A stretch of 64,000 nucleotides of DNA from Planctomycetota bacterium (GTDB taxonomy: Bacteria > Planctomycetota > J058): assembly GCA_050186825.1 (NCBI GenBank), contig JBFWYD010000031.1:43999-107998 (forward strand), read 5' to 3'. The notes beneath the pieces are model-generated. The model had not been told where the DNA came from. It made no database searches and saw only the letters and a program-made list of their open reading frames with translations. Shown in pieces: positions 1 through 9,717 of this stretch. How positions within the stretch are numbered: position 1 is the stretch's first letter; every line of letters begins with the position of its first letter. A program made the translations under genes and the position numbers.

Positions 1-173
1 TCCGGCCCCTCGCGCAGGTGGTAGAGGTCGAGGCCCGCCTGCACCCGCGGGCAGACCCGGTAGTAGACGACCAGGTCGCCGTCGTTCGGCCGCCCCGCCG
101 CGCGCAGCCCGAGGCCGAGCGCGAGCAGCAGGGCCGCCAGGACCAGCGGCGCGCGCCTACTCGGCGGCGCCAT
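1..173 (-). CDS. Partial CDS running off the window: N-terminus of a signal-peptide protein
   Basis: ATG (cat at 171-173) gives MAPPSRRAPLVLAALLLALGLGLRAAG..., a typical signal peptide. GC3 is high. It overlaps the stop of the upstream histidine kinase by 17 nt on the same strand. Not in the ORF track because it is truncated at the window edge. Confidence 0.4.
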   Translation of the reverse strand, partial: MAPPSRRAPLVLAALLLALGLGLRAAGRPNDGDLVVYYRVCPRVQAGLDLYHLREGP

Positions 174-1683
174 CGATGGGGAGCAGGACGCGGAACACCG
201 CGCCCTGGCCGGGGCCGTCGCTCTGGACCGAGATCGTCCCGCCGTGGCGCTCGACGGTCCCGTAGACCAGGGCCAGCCCCAGGCCGGTCCCCTCGCCCGG
301 GTCCTTGGTCGTGAAGAAGGGCTCGAACAGCCGGTCGAGGTCCTCGCGCTCGATCCCCATCCCGGTGTCGGCGACCTCGATCAGGAGCCGCCCGCCCTCG
401 CGCCCCACCCGCGCCGCGACCTCGCCCCCGCCGCGCACGGCGTCGAGCGCGTTGAACAGCAGGTTGAGCGAGGCCTCCTTGAGCGCGTCGGGGTCGCCGC
501 GCAGCTCGAAGCGGCCCTTGGGCTCCATGAAGTGGATCGGGTGCTCGCGCGCGCGCGGGTCGAGGCGCGCCAGCTGCACGGCGTCGTGCACGATCTCGAC
601 CAGGTCGCAGGGCTGGACCACGGTCGGGCGCGGGCGGGCGAAGTCGAGCAGGCGGCGGATGATCGACTTCAGCCGGTAGGCCTCGCTCTCGATCGTCTCC
701 AGGTAGTCGGGGAAGTCCTCGAAGGAGGCCACCCGCGCGAGCTCCGGGTCCTGGGCCCGATCGCGCAGGCCCTCGGCGGCGCTGGCGATGACCGTGAGCG
801 GGTTCGCGACCTCGTGGGCCACGCCGGCGGCGAGCCGCCCGACCGCGGCCAGCTTGCGCGCGCGCTCGAGGTCCTTCTCGCGCCGACGCAGCTCCTCGGT
901 GCGCTGGCGGACCTTCTCCTCCAGGTCCTGGCGGCTCTCGCGCAGCCGGTCGGTCATGTCGTTGAAGGCGTGCCCGAGCTCGCCCAGCTCGTCGCTGGTC
1001 ACGACCGGGACCTCGACGTCGAGGTTGCCGCGGCCCACCTCCCGCGCGGCGCGCAGCAGGCGCACGATCGGCTGCGCGGTGGCGCGCGCGAGGACGATCG
1101 CGCACACCACCGTGAACACCACCGAGAGGCTCAGCCCGCCGATGGTCACGTAGGTGTTGAGCGCGTTGGCCCGATCGACCACGGCCTTGGTCGCGAGGCG
1201 CGCCTCGTGCCCGACCGGCTCGATCACGCCCGTCTCGCGCACGCGCACCACCTCGCGGAAGGCCGGCTCGGCGCGGTCGAGCTCGGCGAAGCCGCTGCGC
1301 CCGCCCTCCTGCGCCAGGGCGTAGGCCTCGCCCACCTGGCGGTAGACCACGACCGAGCTCTCGATCTCGGCGATGGCGTGCAGCGAGTTGGGGGTGCTCG
1401 TGAGCTTGACCAGGCTGCGGCAGAGGATCACGGTCCGGTCCGCGTGCCGGCGCAGGGCCTGGCGCGCGCGCCCGCTGGGCGGGCTGCCCAGGTCCTCGAT
1501 CGAGGGCAGCTGCGCCAGCTCCGCCTTGATCTGGCCGCAGATGTCGTCGGTCTGGGTGTAGATCTCGAGTCGGTCCACGTCGCGACCGACCACGCGCAGG
1601 CCCCAGGCCGCGGCCAGGCCCTCGAGCAGGAGGAACATGCCCGAGGCGAGGAACAGGAGCAGGAACCGGGTGCGAAGGCGCAT
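157..1683 (-). CDS. Sensor histidine kinase (TM, HAMP-like linker, HisKA, HATPase_c)
   Basis: H-box VAHEVANPLTVI and HATPase motifs DTGMGI...GTGLGLALV are present. The ATG at 1681-1683 (MRLRTRFLLLFLASGMFLL, a TM start) fits better than the ORF-track start at 2082, which would overlap the upstream gene. Stop TAG is at 157. Confidence 0.88.
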   Translation of the reverse strand: MRLRTRFLLLFLASGMFLLLEGLAAAWGLRVVGRDVDRLEIYTQTDDICGQIKAELAQLPSIEDLGSPPSGRARQALRRHADRTVILCRSLVKLTSTPNSLHAIAEIESSVVVYRQVGEAYALAQEGGRSGFAELDRAEPAFREVVRVRETGVIEPVGHEARLATKAVVDRANALNTYVTIGGLSLSVVFTVVCAIVLARATAQPIVRLLRAAREVGRGNLDVEVPVVTSDELGELGHAFNDMTDRLRESRQDLEEKVRQRTEELRRREKDLERARKLAAVGRLAAGVAHEVANPLTVIASAAEGLRDRAQDPELARVASFEDFPDYLETIESEAYRLKSIIRRLLDFARPRPTVVQPCDLVEIVHDAVQLARLDPRAREHPIHFMEPKGRFELRGDPDALKEASLNLLFNALDAVRGGGEVAARVGREGGRLLIEVADTGMGIEREDLDRLFEPFFTTKDPGEGTGLGLALVYGTVERHGGTISVQSDGPGQGAVFRVLLPIDGAAE

Positions 1684-1697
1684 CGCCCGCGCGCCCC

Positions 1698-2174
1698 CTA
1701 GCCGGCGAAGTGACCGCGCAGGGTGGCGAGCACCATCCCCCAGGCGCGCTCGAAGTAGGCCTGGAGCTCGGGCCAGCGCCCGCCCACCCCCCAGCCGAGC
1801 TGGGTCAGCGAGACGCGCGTCCCGGGGCCGAGGGGCTCGAGCTCGAGCACGACCCAGGTGTGCTGGCCGCGCAGCTCGCCGAAGTCCGGCGGCGCATTCC
1901 AGGAGAAGGAGAGCATCCGCTCGGGCAGGTAGCTGAGCACCCGACAGCCCTCGCTCCCGCGCGCGCCCAGGGGCTGCTCGCCGTCGAAGTAGAGCTCGTA
2001 GGCGCCGCCCGGCTCGAGCTCGATCCAGCAGGGGACCCCGAAGAAGCCCTCGAAGCCGGCGCTCGTGGTCCAGGCCGCCCACACCCGCGCGGGCTCGGCC
2101 GGGACCTCGACCGAGAGGCGCAGCGCGGGCGCGGCTGGATCGAGGTCACGGCGGCGAGGCGCGGCGTCGTGCAC
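1698..2174 (-). CDS. SRPBCC / AHSA1-like (activator of Hsp90 ATPase homologue) domain protein
   Basis: 158 aa. PARVWAAWTT...GFFG...SFSW...VVLELEPLG resembles the Aha1/SRPBCC fold. Its stop lies 14 nt upstream of the kinase start, so the two are likely co-transcribed. Confidence 0.7.
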   Translation of the reverse strand: MHDAAPRRRDLDPAAPALRLSVEVPAEPARVWAAWTTSAGFEGFFGVPCWIELEPGGAYELYFDGEQPLGARGSEGCRVLSYLPERMLSFSWNAPPDFGELRGQHTWVVLELEPLGPGTRVSLTQLGWGVGGRWPELQAYFERAWGMVLATLRGHFAG

Positions 2175-2511
2175 GGCGGGATCGTAACCGAGCCCAGGCT
2201 GACAACGCCGGCGACGCGTCGCGGGGAGGAGCCGGGACGGATCGGCCGCGGCGGCGACCTAACTCGTTGCTCCCCGAGCGCGGGGGTGGCACCTCCCCTG
2301 CCCGGGGCCGAGACGAGAGAGAGCGGGTTCGTCTTCCAACACCTCTCGTGTCCTTGAACCAGCCCTTCCCGCTCGCCCCCTCCTGTGTAGGACCCGACCG
2401 CCGGGTGTGCGCTCGCCGCACGGCCCGCGGAGCGAGCGTGAAGCGCACACACCCTGTGCGCACCCCGCACGAAGGCCGCCCCCAGGCGGCTAGGAAGTCC
2501 GAGGAGTCCCC

Positions 2512-3645
2512 GTGAGACCGCACCTCCCGCTCTGTTCCCTGGGTCTGATCGCCTGCGCGCTGGCATCGCCGGCGGCCGCCGCCGATGCCCTCGACCCGAT
2601 CCGCGCGGGCCAGGGGCTCCTGCGGCGCGGGGCCCGCGGCGCGGCGGTCGGCACGCTGCAGCGCTTGCTCAACGAGCGCGCGCGCGAGTCGCTGGTGGTC
2701 GACGGGGTCTTCGGCGTGCGGACCGAGGTCGCGGTGCGCAGCTTCCAGGGCGCGCAGCGGCTGAGCGTGGACGGCGTGGTCGGCCCGCGGACCGTGGCCG
2801 CGCTCGACGCGCTCGCCGGCTCGACGCCCCGCGCGCCCTCCCCCACGCCCCCGCGCGCGCCCGCGCCGCCGCCCGGGGCGGGCGGGATGCGCTCGATCCC
2901 GCCGCGGCCCGCCAACGCGCGCGGCGGCCGCCAGGTGCTGGCCTCGACCGACGGGATGTCCCTGGCGGCGCGCGGGCGCGCGCTGACCCAGGAGCTCCTG
3001 GCCGGGAACCTGCCCGCCTTCGAGCGGCGGCTGGTGCCCCTGACCCTCAGCGGCGCGGGCGGGGACGGGCGGCAGCACAGCCTGACCGTGTGGGTCACGC
3101 CCGACTACCTCGCCGTCGGCGACGACGGCGACTTCGTGCGCGTGCCCCTCGACCCGCTCGAGGCGCAGCGCGTGGCCGACGCCTTCGGCTGCCTGCTGCC
3201 CACCGCGCGCCTGGTGGACGCCGCCTGGCAGCAGGCCGGCGCCCGGCTCGAGCCGGCCCCGCTCCCGCCCAGCGCGCAGATGCAGGGCAACGACTACCTG
3301 CGCCGGGCCGAGGCCGCGGTCGAGGCCCGGCGGGCGGGGACGCCGCTCGGGACGCTGGTGGCGGGCGTCAAGAAGGACGTGGTCATCACCAACCGCCTGC
3401 TCAGCAACCCGCGCCGGGTCGCGATCTACGGCTGGCACCGCCGGGACGGGCGCCCCTGGCAGCCGCTGAGCACGGTCCACGAGGACTCCTACGCCGACTA
3501 CAGCCACGGGGTGCGGCTCGTCTCGCGCCGGGTCGTGGCCGACGGCAACGCGCGCGACCTCGAGCAGCTCTACCGCGACCCGACCTTCGCCCCCCTGCTC
3601 TCGGGGGAGGGCCCGCTGCGGATCGTGCGCTACGGGACTCCCTGA
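2512..3645 (+). CDS. Secreted protein with N-terminal peptidoglycan-binding (PG_binding_1) domain
   Basis: GTG start preceded by AGGAG. Signal peptide MRPHLPLCSLGLIACALASPAAAA. The PG-binding repeat is LQRLLNERARESLVVDGVFGVRTEVAVRSFQGAQRLSVDGVVGPRTVAAL. It diverges from the SRPBCC-HK operon. Confidence 0.8.
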   Translation: MRPHLPLCSLGLIACALASPAAAADALDPIRAGQGLLRRGARGAAVGTLQRLLNERARESLVVDGVFGVRTEVAVRSFQGAQRLSVDGVVGPRTVAALDALAGSTPRAPSPTPPRAPAPPPGAGGMRSIPPRPANARGGRQVLASTDGMSLAARGRALTQELLAGNLPAFERRLVPLTLSGAGGDGRQHSLTVWVTPDYLAVGDDGDFVRVPLDPLEAQRVADAFGCLLPTARLVDAAWQQAGARLEPAPLPPSAQMQGNDYLRRAEAAVEARRAGTPLGTLVAGVKKDVVITNRLLSNPRRVAIYGWHRRDGRPWQPLSTVHEDSYADYSHGVRLVSRRVVADGNARDLEQLYRDPTFAPLLSGEGPLRIVRYGTP

Positions 3646-3731
3646 GCCGGCGCGCGCCCCATGGGCGATCGCGCTGTTGTCAGCGCTCCCGGCCTGGTCT
3701 AGAACCTCCGCCCCGAACTAAGGAGGGTCGA

Positions 3732-5426
3732 ATGTTCAAGGCCAGGAGTGGCTGGGTGCTGGGTTGCTGGGCGCTGGCGCTGGCGCTGGCGGCCAGCAGC
3801 AACGCCAGCGCGGCGGAGTGGTGGGTCAAGGCTGGCGCCAGCGGCAAGGGCGACAGCAAGGACGCCCCCGCCGGCAGCCTCGCGGACGTGCTCGAGCAGG
3901 TCACGCGTGGCGACGTCGTGCACGTGGCCGAGGGCGAGTACAACGGCAAGGGCGGCACCGGCGAGTTCCGGATCGGCGTCCCCGACCTGACGCTCGCCGG
4001 CGGCTACAGCGCCGACTTCTCGGCCCGCGACCCCTTCAAGCACGTCTCGCTGCTGCGCCGCAAGGCGGGCGTCAAGACCGACTACACCAAGACCGAGGGC
4101 GGCCTGATCTGCGTCGACCCCGACGCCCACAAGGAGGCGCGCTTCTCCAGCTGCTCGGGCCTGATCGTGGACGGCTTCGTCCTCGATGGCGCCACGCGCA
4201 ACGTCTACAACGCGAACGACCACCGCCTGGCCGCGCAGGGCTCCTGGAAGGAGTCGCTGATCAAGCTCGCGGCCGCGGACTTCTACACCACCGCGAACAT
4301 CAAGATCCGCAACTGCGTGCTGCTCAATTGCTACAACATGGGGATCGAGATCAAGTGGTTGGGTGACCAGAACGAGATCACCAACTGTCTGATCGTGAAC
4401 AACATGATCGCCGGGATCGACGCGCGCGCCGCGCAGAGCCCGCCCAGCGCGCCCGGCGCCCCGGAGAACTACCCCGAGACGAAGCTCACGATCAAGGGCT
4501 GCACGGTGGGCTTCAACTGGGAGCACGACAAGGCGCAGATGGCCAACGGCGTGCTCCTGGGCGGCAAGGGCACGTTCACCATCACCGACAACGTGTTCGC
4601 CTGGTGCGCGGGCAAGAGCAGCGCGGGCGTGCGCGGCGCCAAGGACGGCGACGCGGTCAAGGGCAACGTGTTCTGGATGACCAGCGACGCCGCGAGCGCC
4701 GGCGGCGACAACGCCGCGGCCGACCCCGGCTTCGCCAAGCGGATGTCCAAGGCCTGGTTCACGCCCTTCACCGGCTTCGCGGCCCGCTACGGCAAGCTCG
4801 AGCTCGACGGGATCAACGCCGAGCGCAAGGCGGCCGGCCTGGACCCGATCGAGAAGCTCGGCCAGGCCATGGCGCCGGAGCTCTGCGCCTGGGGCGTGGC
4901 GCTGGAGCCCAAGCTCGAGGAGTTCGTGACCGCCTTCAAGGCCGACCAGGAGGGCAAGGGCTGGAACCCGGCCGGCCCCTTCGAGGCCTACAAGGAGCGC
5001 GCCTGCGCGCTGCCGGGCGGCAAGCCCGGCGCCGAGGGCGACTACCAGGCGATCGAGTTCACCGACCTGCTCAGGAAGGGCGGCAAGGACCTGGCGGACG
5101 GGACCAAGGTCAAGCTCAAGCTCACGCTCCGCACCCGCGCGGCGCGCTACGGCGACAAGCAGCACGGGCTGGTCGGCAACGAGTACCTGCAGGTCGAGGT
5201 CGGCAAGCCGGGTGAGAAGGTGGCCGGCAACACGACGAACAAGCTGTTCGCCTACTTCGTGCACGGCGCGCAGCCGAACCTGGTCTGGAACCGCTTCGGC
5301 AAGCGCGGCGCCAACGCCAAGACCCAGGGCGGGGTCGAGGCCACGGGCACGCTGTTCAAGACCTCCCAGCCGGCCAACGGCGCCGTGCCCTACGTGCTCG
5401 TGATCGACCACCTCGGCGAGCCTTGA
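3732..5426 (+). CDS. Secreted right-handed parallel beta-helix (pectin-lyase-fold) repeat protein
   Basis: Strong SD AAGGAGGG lies before ATG 3732. Signal peptide MFKARSGWVLGCWALALALAASSNASA. Beta-helix repeat signatures NCVLLNCYNMGIEI / NCLIVNNMIAGID. Unusually Lys/Gly-rich for this genome. The ORF-track start at 3090 is an upstream read-through artefact. Confidence 0.75.
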   Translation: MFKARSGWVLGCWALALALAASSNASAAEWWVKAGASGKGDSKDAPAGSLADVLEQVTRGDVVHVAEGEYNGKGGTGEFRIGVPDLTLAGGYSADFSARDPFKHVSLLRRKAGVKTDYTKTEGGLICVDPDAHKEARFSSCSGLIVDGFVLDGATRNVYNANDHRLAAQGSWKESLIKLAAADFYTTANIKIRNCVLLNCYNMGIEIKWLGDQNEITNCLIVNNMIAGIDARAAQSPPSAPGAPENYPETKLTIKGCTVGFNWEHDKAQMANGVLLGGKGTFTITDNVFAWCAGKSSAGVRGAKDGDAVKGNVFWMTSDAASAGGDNAAADPGFAKRMSKAWFTPFTGFAARYGKLELDGINAERKAAGLDPIEKLGQAMAPELCAWGVALEPKLEEFVTAFKADQEGKGWNPAGPFEAYKERACALPGGKPGAEGDYQAIEFTDLLRKGGKDLADGTKVKLKLTLRTRAARYGDKQHGLVGNEYLQVEVGKPGEKVAGNTTNKLFAYFVHGAQPNLVWNRFGKRGANAKTQGGVEATGTLFKTSQPANGAVPYVLVIDHLGEP

Positions 5427-5985
5427 GCCGAGCTGCGGATGCCGAGCGTTCACGCGGGGGCGGGAGCTGGGGCGAGAGCGCCAGGGAGTGAACGTCCTGC
5501 TGGCGACCGGGCGCGCAGCGCCCGGGCGGCAGCAGGTCGACGCAAGCGGAGTGGTCGAGCGCAGCTCGACCTCCGCGCCAGCGAACGCTCGGCCTCCTTG
5601 CTCGGCTCAATGGGCGGAGGCGGGTCGCTGCGGGCAAGCGGGGCTGCGGCACCGCGGAGGGTGATTGCGAGTCCACCCGGTCTCGGAGCTGACGCCCGAC
5701 CTTCAGCGCCAATGCGCCTTGAAGAGTAGGGCTGGCCCCCCCGGCGCGGTCTCTCTCACTAGGGGGCAGTGAAGTCGCATAGAGCGCGAGCAGGGAACCT
5801 GATCGACGATCGCAGCGCCCAAGCGCAGGGTTCTACGGAGCTCCATGCCCCGAGTCGAACATCTGCGGGCGAGGTCACCAAGCTCGTGAGCTAGGCTAGG
5901 CGCCGGCAGCGCCGCCCGATCGAAGCCGAGGGGTTCGCGAAACAGGCGCTGGATTCCGCTCGCCCCGCCGGGCATCCTCTGCGGC

Positions 5986-8955
5986 ATGACGCGCCGCCCG
6001 CTCTCTCGCCCCGGCCTCGCCGCTCGCCCCGGCCTCGCCTTTGGCCTGCTCCTCCTGCTCGCGCTGCCCTGCGCGGCCCAGCCGCACCCCTTCGGGGGCG
6101 AGGTGCTCGACCTCGTGGGCGAGGCCGAGCAGGTGCGCGCGGCGACCACGCCCGCGGCCCGCCAGCAGGCGAGCGAGCGCTTCCTGAAGACCCTCTACCG
6201 CGACCCCTACCTCAAGGAGCTGGGCCCGCGGATGCACCTGGAGCGCTTCGTCTCGGCGCTGGCCGCGGGCGAGCCCTTCGACGCGGCGGCCTTCCGCGCC
6301 GCGGCCAAGGACGCGGTGGCCCGGCACCAGAACCTGACGGCCGACGTGGGCGTGGCCGAGCTGACCCAGAAGATGCAGGTGGTCGAGCTGGCCTTCACCA
6401 CCCGGCGCGCGGGCCCCGGTGCGCCGCGCGGGCCCCCCGTGGACGCGGGCGAGTTCGCGCGCCACGACATGGCCGAGGTGCTGAACAAGGGCGACACCAA
6501 GCTCCTGAGCATGGAGCGCGTCCCCGGCGCGAGCGTGCTGCTGCTCAACGACCGGGTCTCGCTGCCCGGGGAGGGCTCGCGCACCGAGCTGGCCCTCGAC
6601 CTCTACGGGCGCGTGCTGACCGGCGAGGGCGGCGGCCACGGCGACCTGCGCGGCGGGCTGGCGCACCGCGAGGTCGGGCGCGCGGTGCTCTCCCCGACGC
6701 GCACGCATCCCCTCGGCGCCGAGACGGCGGACGTGCTCAAGGGCGTGGGCCCGACCCCCTTCGCCGGCAACCGCTTCAACTCGAAGGCGACCGGCACCTT
6801 CCCCCTGCCCGAGGCCGTGCGCGACTGGAACCAGACCGAGACCCTGCGCAAGGCGGGCGTCGCGATCTACGAGCCCGTGGCGATCGTGGCGCTCCCCTAC
6901 ATGGAGTGGAGCGCGAGCGAGGGCTGGCGCCCGGTGGCGGTCTACGTGCGCCGCCCGCGCGAGAACCTGCGCGTCTCGGACCTCGACCACCTGAGCGACG
7001 CCAAGAAGCGGCTGCTGCTGGAGAAGCTCAGGGGGAAGATGCAGGCCGAGCTCACGGGCGTCGGGCGCGCGGACGCGCTGAGCGACGTGGACGTGGTCCG
7101 GATGTTCGTCGAGCGCATGGGCCGCACCGCCGGGATCTTCCAGGGCGGGATCGGCGAGGGCCGCTACTACTTCCACGGGATGCTCCACGACCAGAACGTG
7201 AGCCTGATGGGCGAGATCGTGGACGTCGGCAACAGCGATGGCGTGCTCGAGTCGCGCGAGGCGATGCGCAAGGCCTGGGAGGCCAGCAACTACACCTGGT
7301 GGCCCGAGAAGCTCAAGGAGTACAAGGACCTCAAGGGCAACGTCGAGACCGCGGTCCTGTTCCGGCTGGCGCGCCGCTACAACGAGGCGCTGAAGTCGGT
7401 CACGGGCGGCGGGATGAGCGAGGCCGAGCTGACCGAGCTGTTCAAGGCCGCCTACCGCGAGGGCCGGCGCGGCGTCTCGGCCAGCGACCCCAAGCTGACC
7501 CTCCGCGCGCGCACGCCCGAGGCCGTGGCCAAGAAGCTCGACGAGCTGCGCCGCCCCGACGGCACCGTGGAGTGGAGCAAGGTCGCGCGCGACCGGGCCC
7601 TGGTCGAGGGCGCGGGCCTGGCGAACTTCACCCTGGCGCTGTTCCTCAAGGAGCTGGCCGCGGTGGCGGCCACAGGCGACCGGGCGCGGATCGAGGAGTT
7701 CTTCGACGGCCTCCTGACCACCGACTTCTACGAGGACTACGGCCTGTTCGTGGCCGGGGCCAAGCTGGGCGAGGTCGCCTACACGCGCTACCTGCAGCGC
7801 TTCGTCAAGCCGCGCTTCGTGAACGGCGTGCTCAAGACCAACCTGGTGCTCGCGACCGGCATGGCCCTGCCGCTGATCGTCGAGGGCAAGTTCGAGGGCA
7901 AGGCCTTCGCGATCTCGGTGGCCTCGCTCGGGCTCTCGTCGGCGGCGGTCAAGGCGGGCGTGGCCGGGATCGAGTGGGTGCTCGACATCAGCAAGGCGCG
8001 CGAGGCGGGCGTGCTGGCGCGCCTGAGCGGCGCCGGCCGCCTGGCCAAGCTCGGCGGCTGGTTCTACACGGCGGCCGAGCTGGCGGTCGTGCTCTACGTG
8101 GCGGACGAGCTCGAGACCCGGGTCAACGCCGCCCTCGACCAGAAGGCCGCGCGCGACGCGCTGGCCGCGGCGGGCCGCGACTTCCTGGCGGCCACCCGCG
8201 GCGGACGCACCCAGGAGGTCGAGGCCGCGGCCGAGGCCTACCACCAGGCCTGGATCGACTACCGCAACTTCCTCTACCGGCCGCTGGAGCAGGACGAGCT
8301 GGTCCTGGCCGAGCGCCTGCAGCGCTCGGCGCGTCAGGCCAAGCTGCTCGCCGACAAGCGCGCGGCCACCCTGGAGCGAGTCTCCCAGCAGCCCGCCCTG
8401 CGCCAGAGCATCGAGCGCCGCTACGGCTCGCTCGAGGCCTACGCGGACGCCCTGGCCAAGGAGGAGGAGGAGCAGGTCCGCGCCGAGGTCAACACCTACC
8501 TCGACTCCTACAACAAGACCCGCGCCGAGCACCTGCGCGCGGTCTACGAGGACGGCCGGCGCCGCGGCGCGCTGCTCGGCGGGCTGGACGACCTCGACTG
8601 GCTGCTGCGCGGGGGCGAGGCGCACGCCGCGGGCGACCCCTTCGGGTCGCGCGACGACGTGTTCGCGAGCTGGGGGCGCGGCCGTGCTCGTGGCCGCCTG
8701 GACGACGCCCTGGGCGGCGCGTCCGCCAACCGCCTCCAGGCCTACGACGACGAGGCCGAGGTGTTCGCGGCCGTGGCCGGCGCCCTGCGCCGCTCGGGCC
8801 GCGGCGACCTGGCCGACCTCCTCGACGCCCGCCGCCGCGGCGTGCTGCAGCTCCAGGCCATGGACAAGGACCTGGTCCGAACGGGCGGCGTGGTCGACAC
8901 CCGCAACCGCGCCGGCATCAGCGAGCGGATGCGCGCCGCCACGCCGGGGCGCTGA
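5986..8955 (+). CDS. Large secreted protein with a SelO/YdiU-like (protein-kinase-fold AMPylase) active-site motif
   Basis: 989 aa with signal peptide MTRRPLSRPGLAARPGLAFGLLLLLALPCAAQP. The motif YYFHGMLHDQNVSLMGEIVDVGNSDG closely resembles the SelO signature HGV(L/M)NTDNMSILGETIDYGP. Amino-acid composition is diverse, unlike the antisense ORF 5896-8967, which is Ala/Gly/Arg low-complexity. Confidence 0.75.
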   Translation: MTRRPLSRPGLAARPGLAFGLLLLLALPCAAQPHPFGGEVLDLVGEAEQVRAATTPAARQQASERFLKTLYRDPYLKELGPRMHLERFVSALAAGEPFDAAAFRAAAKDAVARHQNLTADVGVAELTQKMQVVELAFTTRRAGPGAPRGPPVDAGEFARHDMAEVLNKGDTKLLSMERVPGASVLLLNDRVSLPGEGSRTELALDLYGRVLTGEGGGHGDLRGGLAHREVGRAVLSPTRTHPLGAETADVLKGVGPTPFAGNRFNSKATGTFPLPEAVRDWNQTETLRKAGVAIYEPVAIVALPYMEWSASEGWRPVAVYVRRPRENLRVSDLDHLSDAKKRLLLEKLRGKMQAELTGVGRADALSDVDVVRMFVERMGRTAGIFQGGIGEGRYYFHGMLHDQNVSLMGEIVDVGNSDGVLESREAMRKAWEASNYTWWPEKLKEYKDLKGNVETAVLFRLARRYNEALKSVTGGGMSEAELTELFKAAYREGRRGVSASDPKLTLRARTPEAVAKKLDELRRPDGTVEWSKVARDRALVEGAGLANFTLALFLKELAAVAATGDRARIEEFFDGLLTTDFYEDYGLFVAGAKLGEVAYTRYLQRFVKPRFVNGVLKTNLVLATGMALPLIVEGKFEGKAFAISVASLGLSSAAVKAGVAGIEWVLDISKAREAGVLARLSGAGRLAKLGGWFYTAAELAVVLYVADELETRVNAALDQKAARDALAAAGRDFLAATRGGRTQEVEAAAEAYHQAWIDYRNFLYRPLEQDELVLAERLQRSARQAKLLADKRAATLERVSQQPALRQSIERRYGSLEAYADALAKEEEEQVRAEVNTYLDSYNKTRAEHLRAVYEDGRRRGALLGGLDDLDWLLRGGEAHAAGDPFGSRDDVFASWGRGRARGRLDDALGGASANRLQAYDDEAEVFAAVAGALRRSGRGDLADLLDARRRGVLQLQAMDKDLVRTGGVVDTRNRAGISERMRAATPGR

Positions 8956-9006
8956 GGCGCGGGGCACTCACTAGGTCAACCGCTTGATCGGCTGCCAGCG
9001 GCTTCC

Positions 9007-9070
9007 GTGCTCGTGCTCGTGCTCGTGCTCGTGATCGTGATCGTCGACGTGAGCGTGGACGTGATCGCGA
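9007..9070. repeat. Hexanucleotide microsatellite (GTGCTC)5(GTGATC)2 and degenerate copies
   Basis: Direct reading: gtgctcgtgctcgtgctcgtgctcgtgatcgtgatcgtcgacgtgagcgtggacgtgatc. Confidence 0.8.
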
Positions 9071-9133
9071 CTACGACTCCGACCACGAGGGAGCCCGACC
9101 ACGGATCGGAGACGCGCCCTCGCACGGGGTGGT

Positions 9134-9341
9134 GATCTCCGCGATCTCTGCGATCTCTGCGCTGATTACCAGCGCCCTCGCACGACCTCCCGACTCCGCC
9201 TCGGAGCGAGGACTCCGCGTCGAGGGCGCACTCCGCGAAGCGTGCCCGAGTCCGGGTTCTCGGGCGCGATCCGTTCCGGATTCGCCATGAGCCGCGGGAG
9301 CGTTGGATTCAAGCGCAGAGATCGCAGAGATCGCGGAGATC
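9134..9341. repeat. Perfect 29-bp inverted repeat pair (arms 9134-9162 and 9313-9341) flanking ~150 bp; MITE-like or large hairpin
   Basis: Left arm gatctccgcgatctctgcgatctctgcgc. Right arm gcgcagagatcgcagagatcgcggagatc is its exact reverse complement. Each arm is itself an (AGAGATCGC)3 triplet. Confidence 0.8.
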
Positions 9342-9380
9342 GCCCCGTGTGAGCGGGCGCGCGTAGCCGAGGCGAGCCGC

Positions 9381-9710
9381 TCGGACTCGGACTCGGACTC
9401 GGCCTCGGTCTCGGACTCGGTCTCGGACTCGGACTCGAACTCGAACTCGGACTCGGACTCGAACTCGAACTCGGACTCGGAATCGGAATCGGAGTCGGAG
9501 TCGGACTCGGACTCGGACTCGGGCTCGGAATCGGACTCGGACTCGAACTCGGAATCGGAGTCGGAATCGGAGTCGGAATCGGACTCGGACTCGGGCTCGG
9601 ACTCGGAATCGGAATCGGAGTCGGAGTCGGACTCGGACTCGGACTCGGGCTCGGAATCGGACTCGGGCTCGGAATCGGACTCGGCCTCGGACTCGGGCTC
9701 GGGCTCGGAC
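9381..9710. repeat. (GACTCG)n hexanucleotide microsatellite, ~55 units with point variants (GAATCG, GAGTCG, GGCTCG)
   Basis: Direct reading. It is open in two frames on both strands (DSDS... / SESE...), which creates the spurious ORFs 9303-9848(+) and 9071-9712(-). Confidence 0.85.
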
Positions 9711-9717
9711 ACCCCGA

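Noticed and set aside
244-1701. 485-aa + strand ORF, plus ORFs 18-314 and 305-679
   Set aside because: These are antisense to the well-supported histidine kinase. They are Arg/Ala/Gly/Pro low-complexity with no motifs, a typical artefact in a high-GC genome.
2146-3507. 453-aa minus-strand ORF overlapping the PG-binding protein gene
   Set aside because: Low-complexity Arg/Gly/Pro translation. The + strand frame has a signal peptide and a clear PG_binding_1 domain.
5896-8987. 1023-aa minus ORF and 693-aa + ORF overlapping the SelO-like gene
   Set aside because: Both are Arg/Ala/Gly-rich with no domain signatures. The 5986-8955 + frame has a signal peptide, diverse composition and a SelO-like motif.
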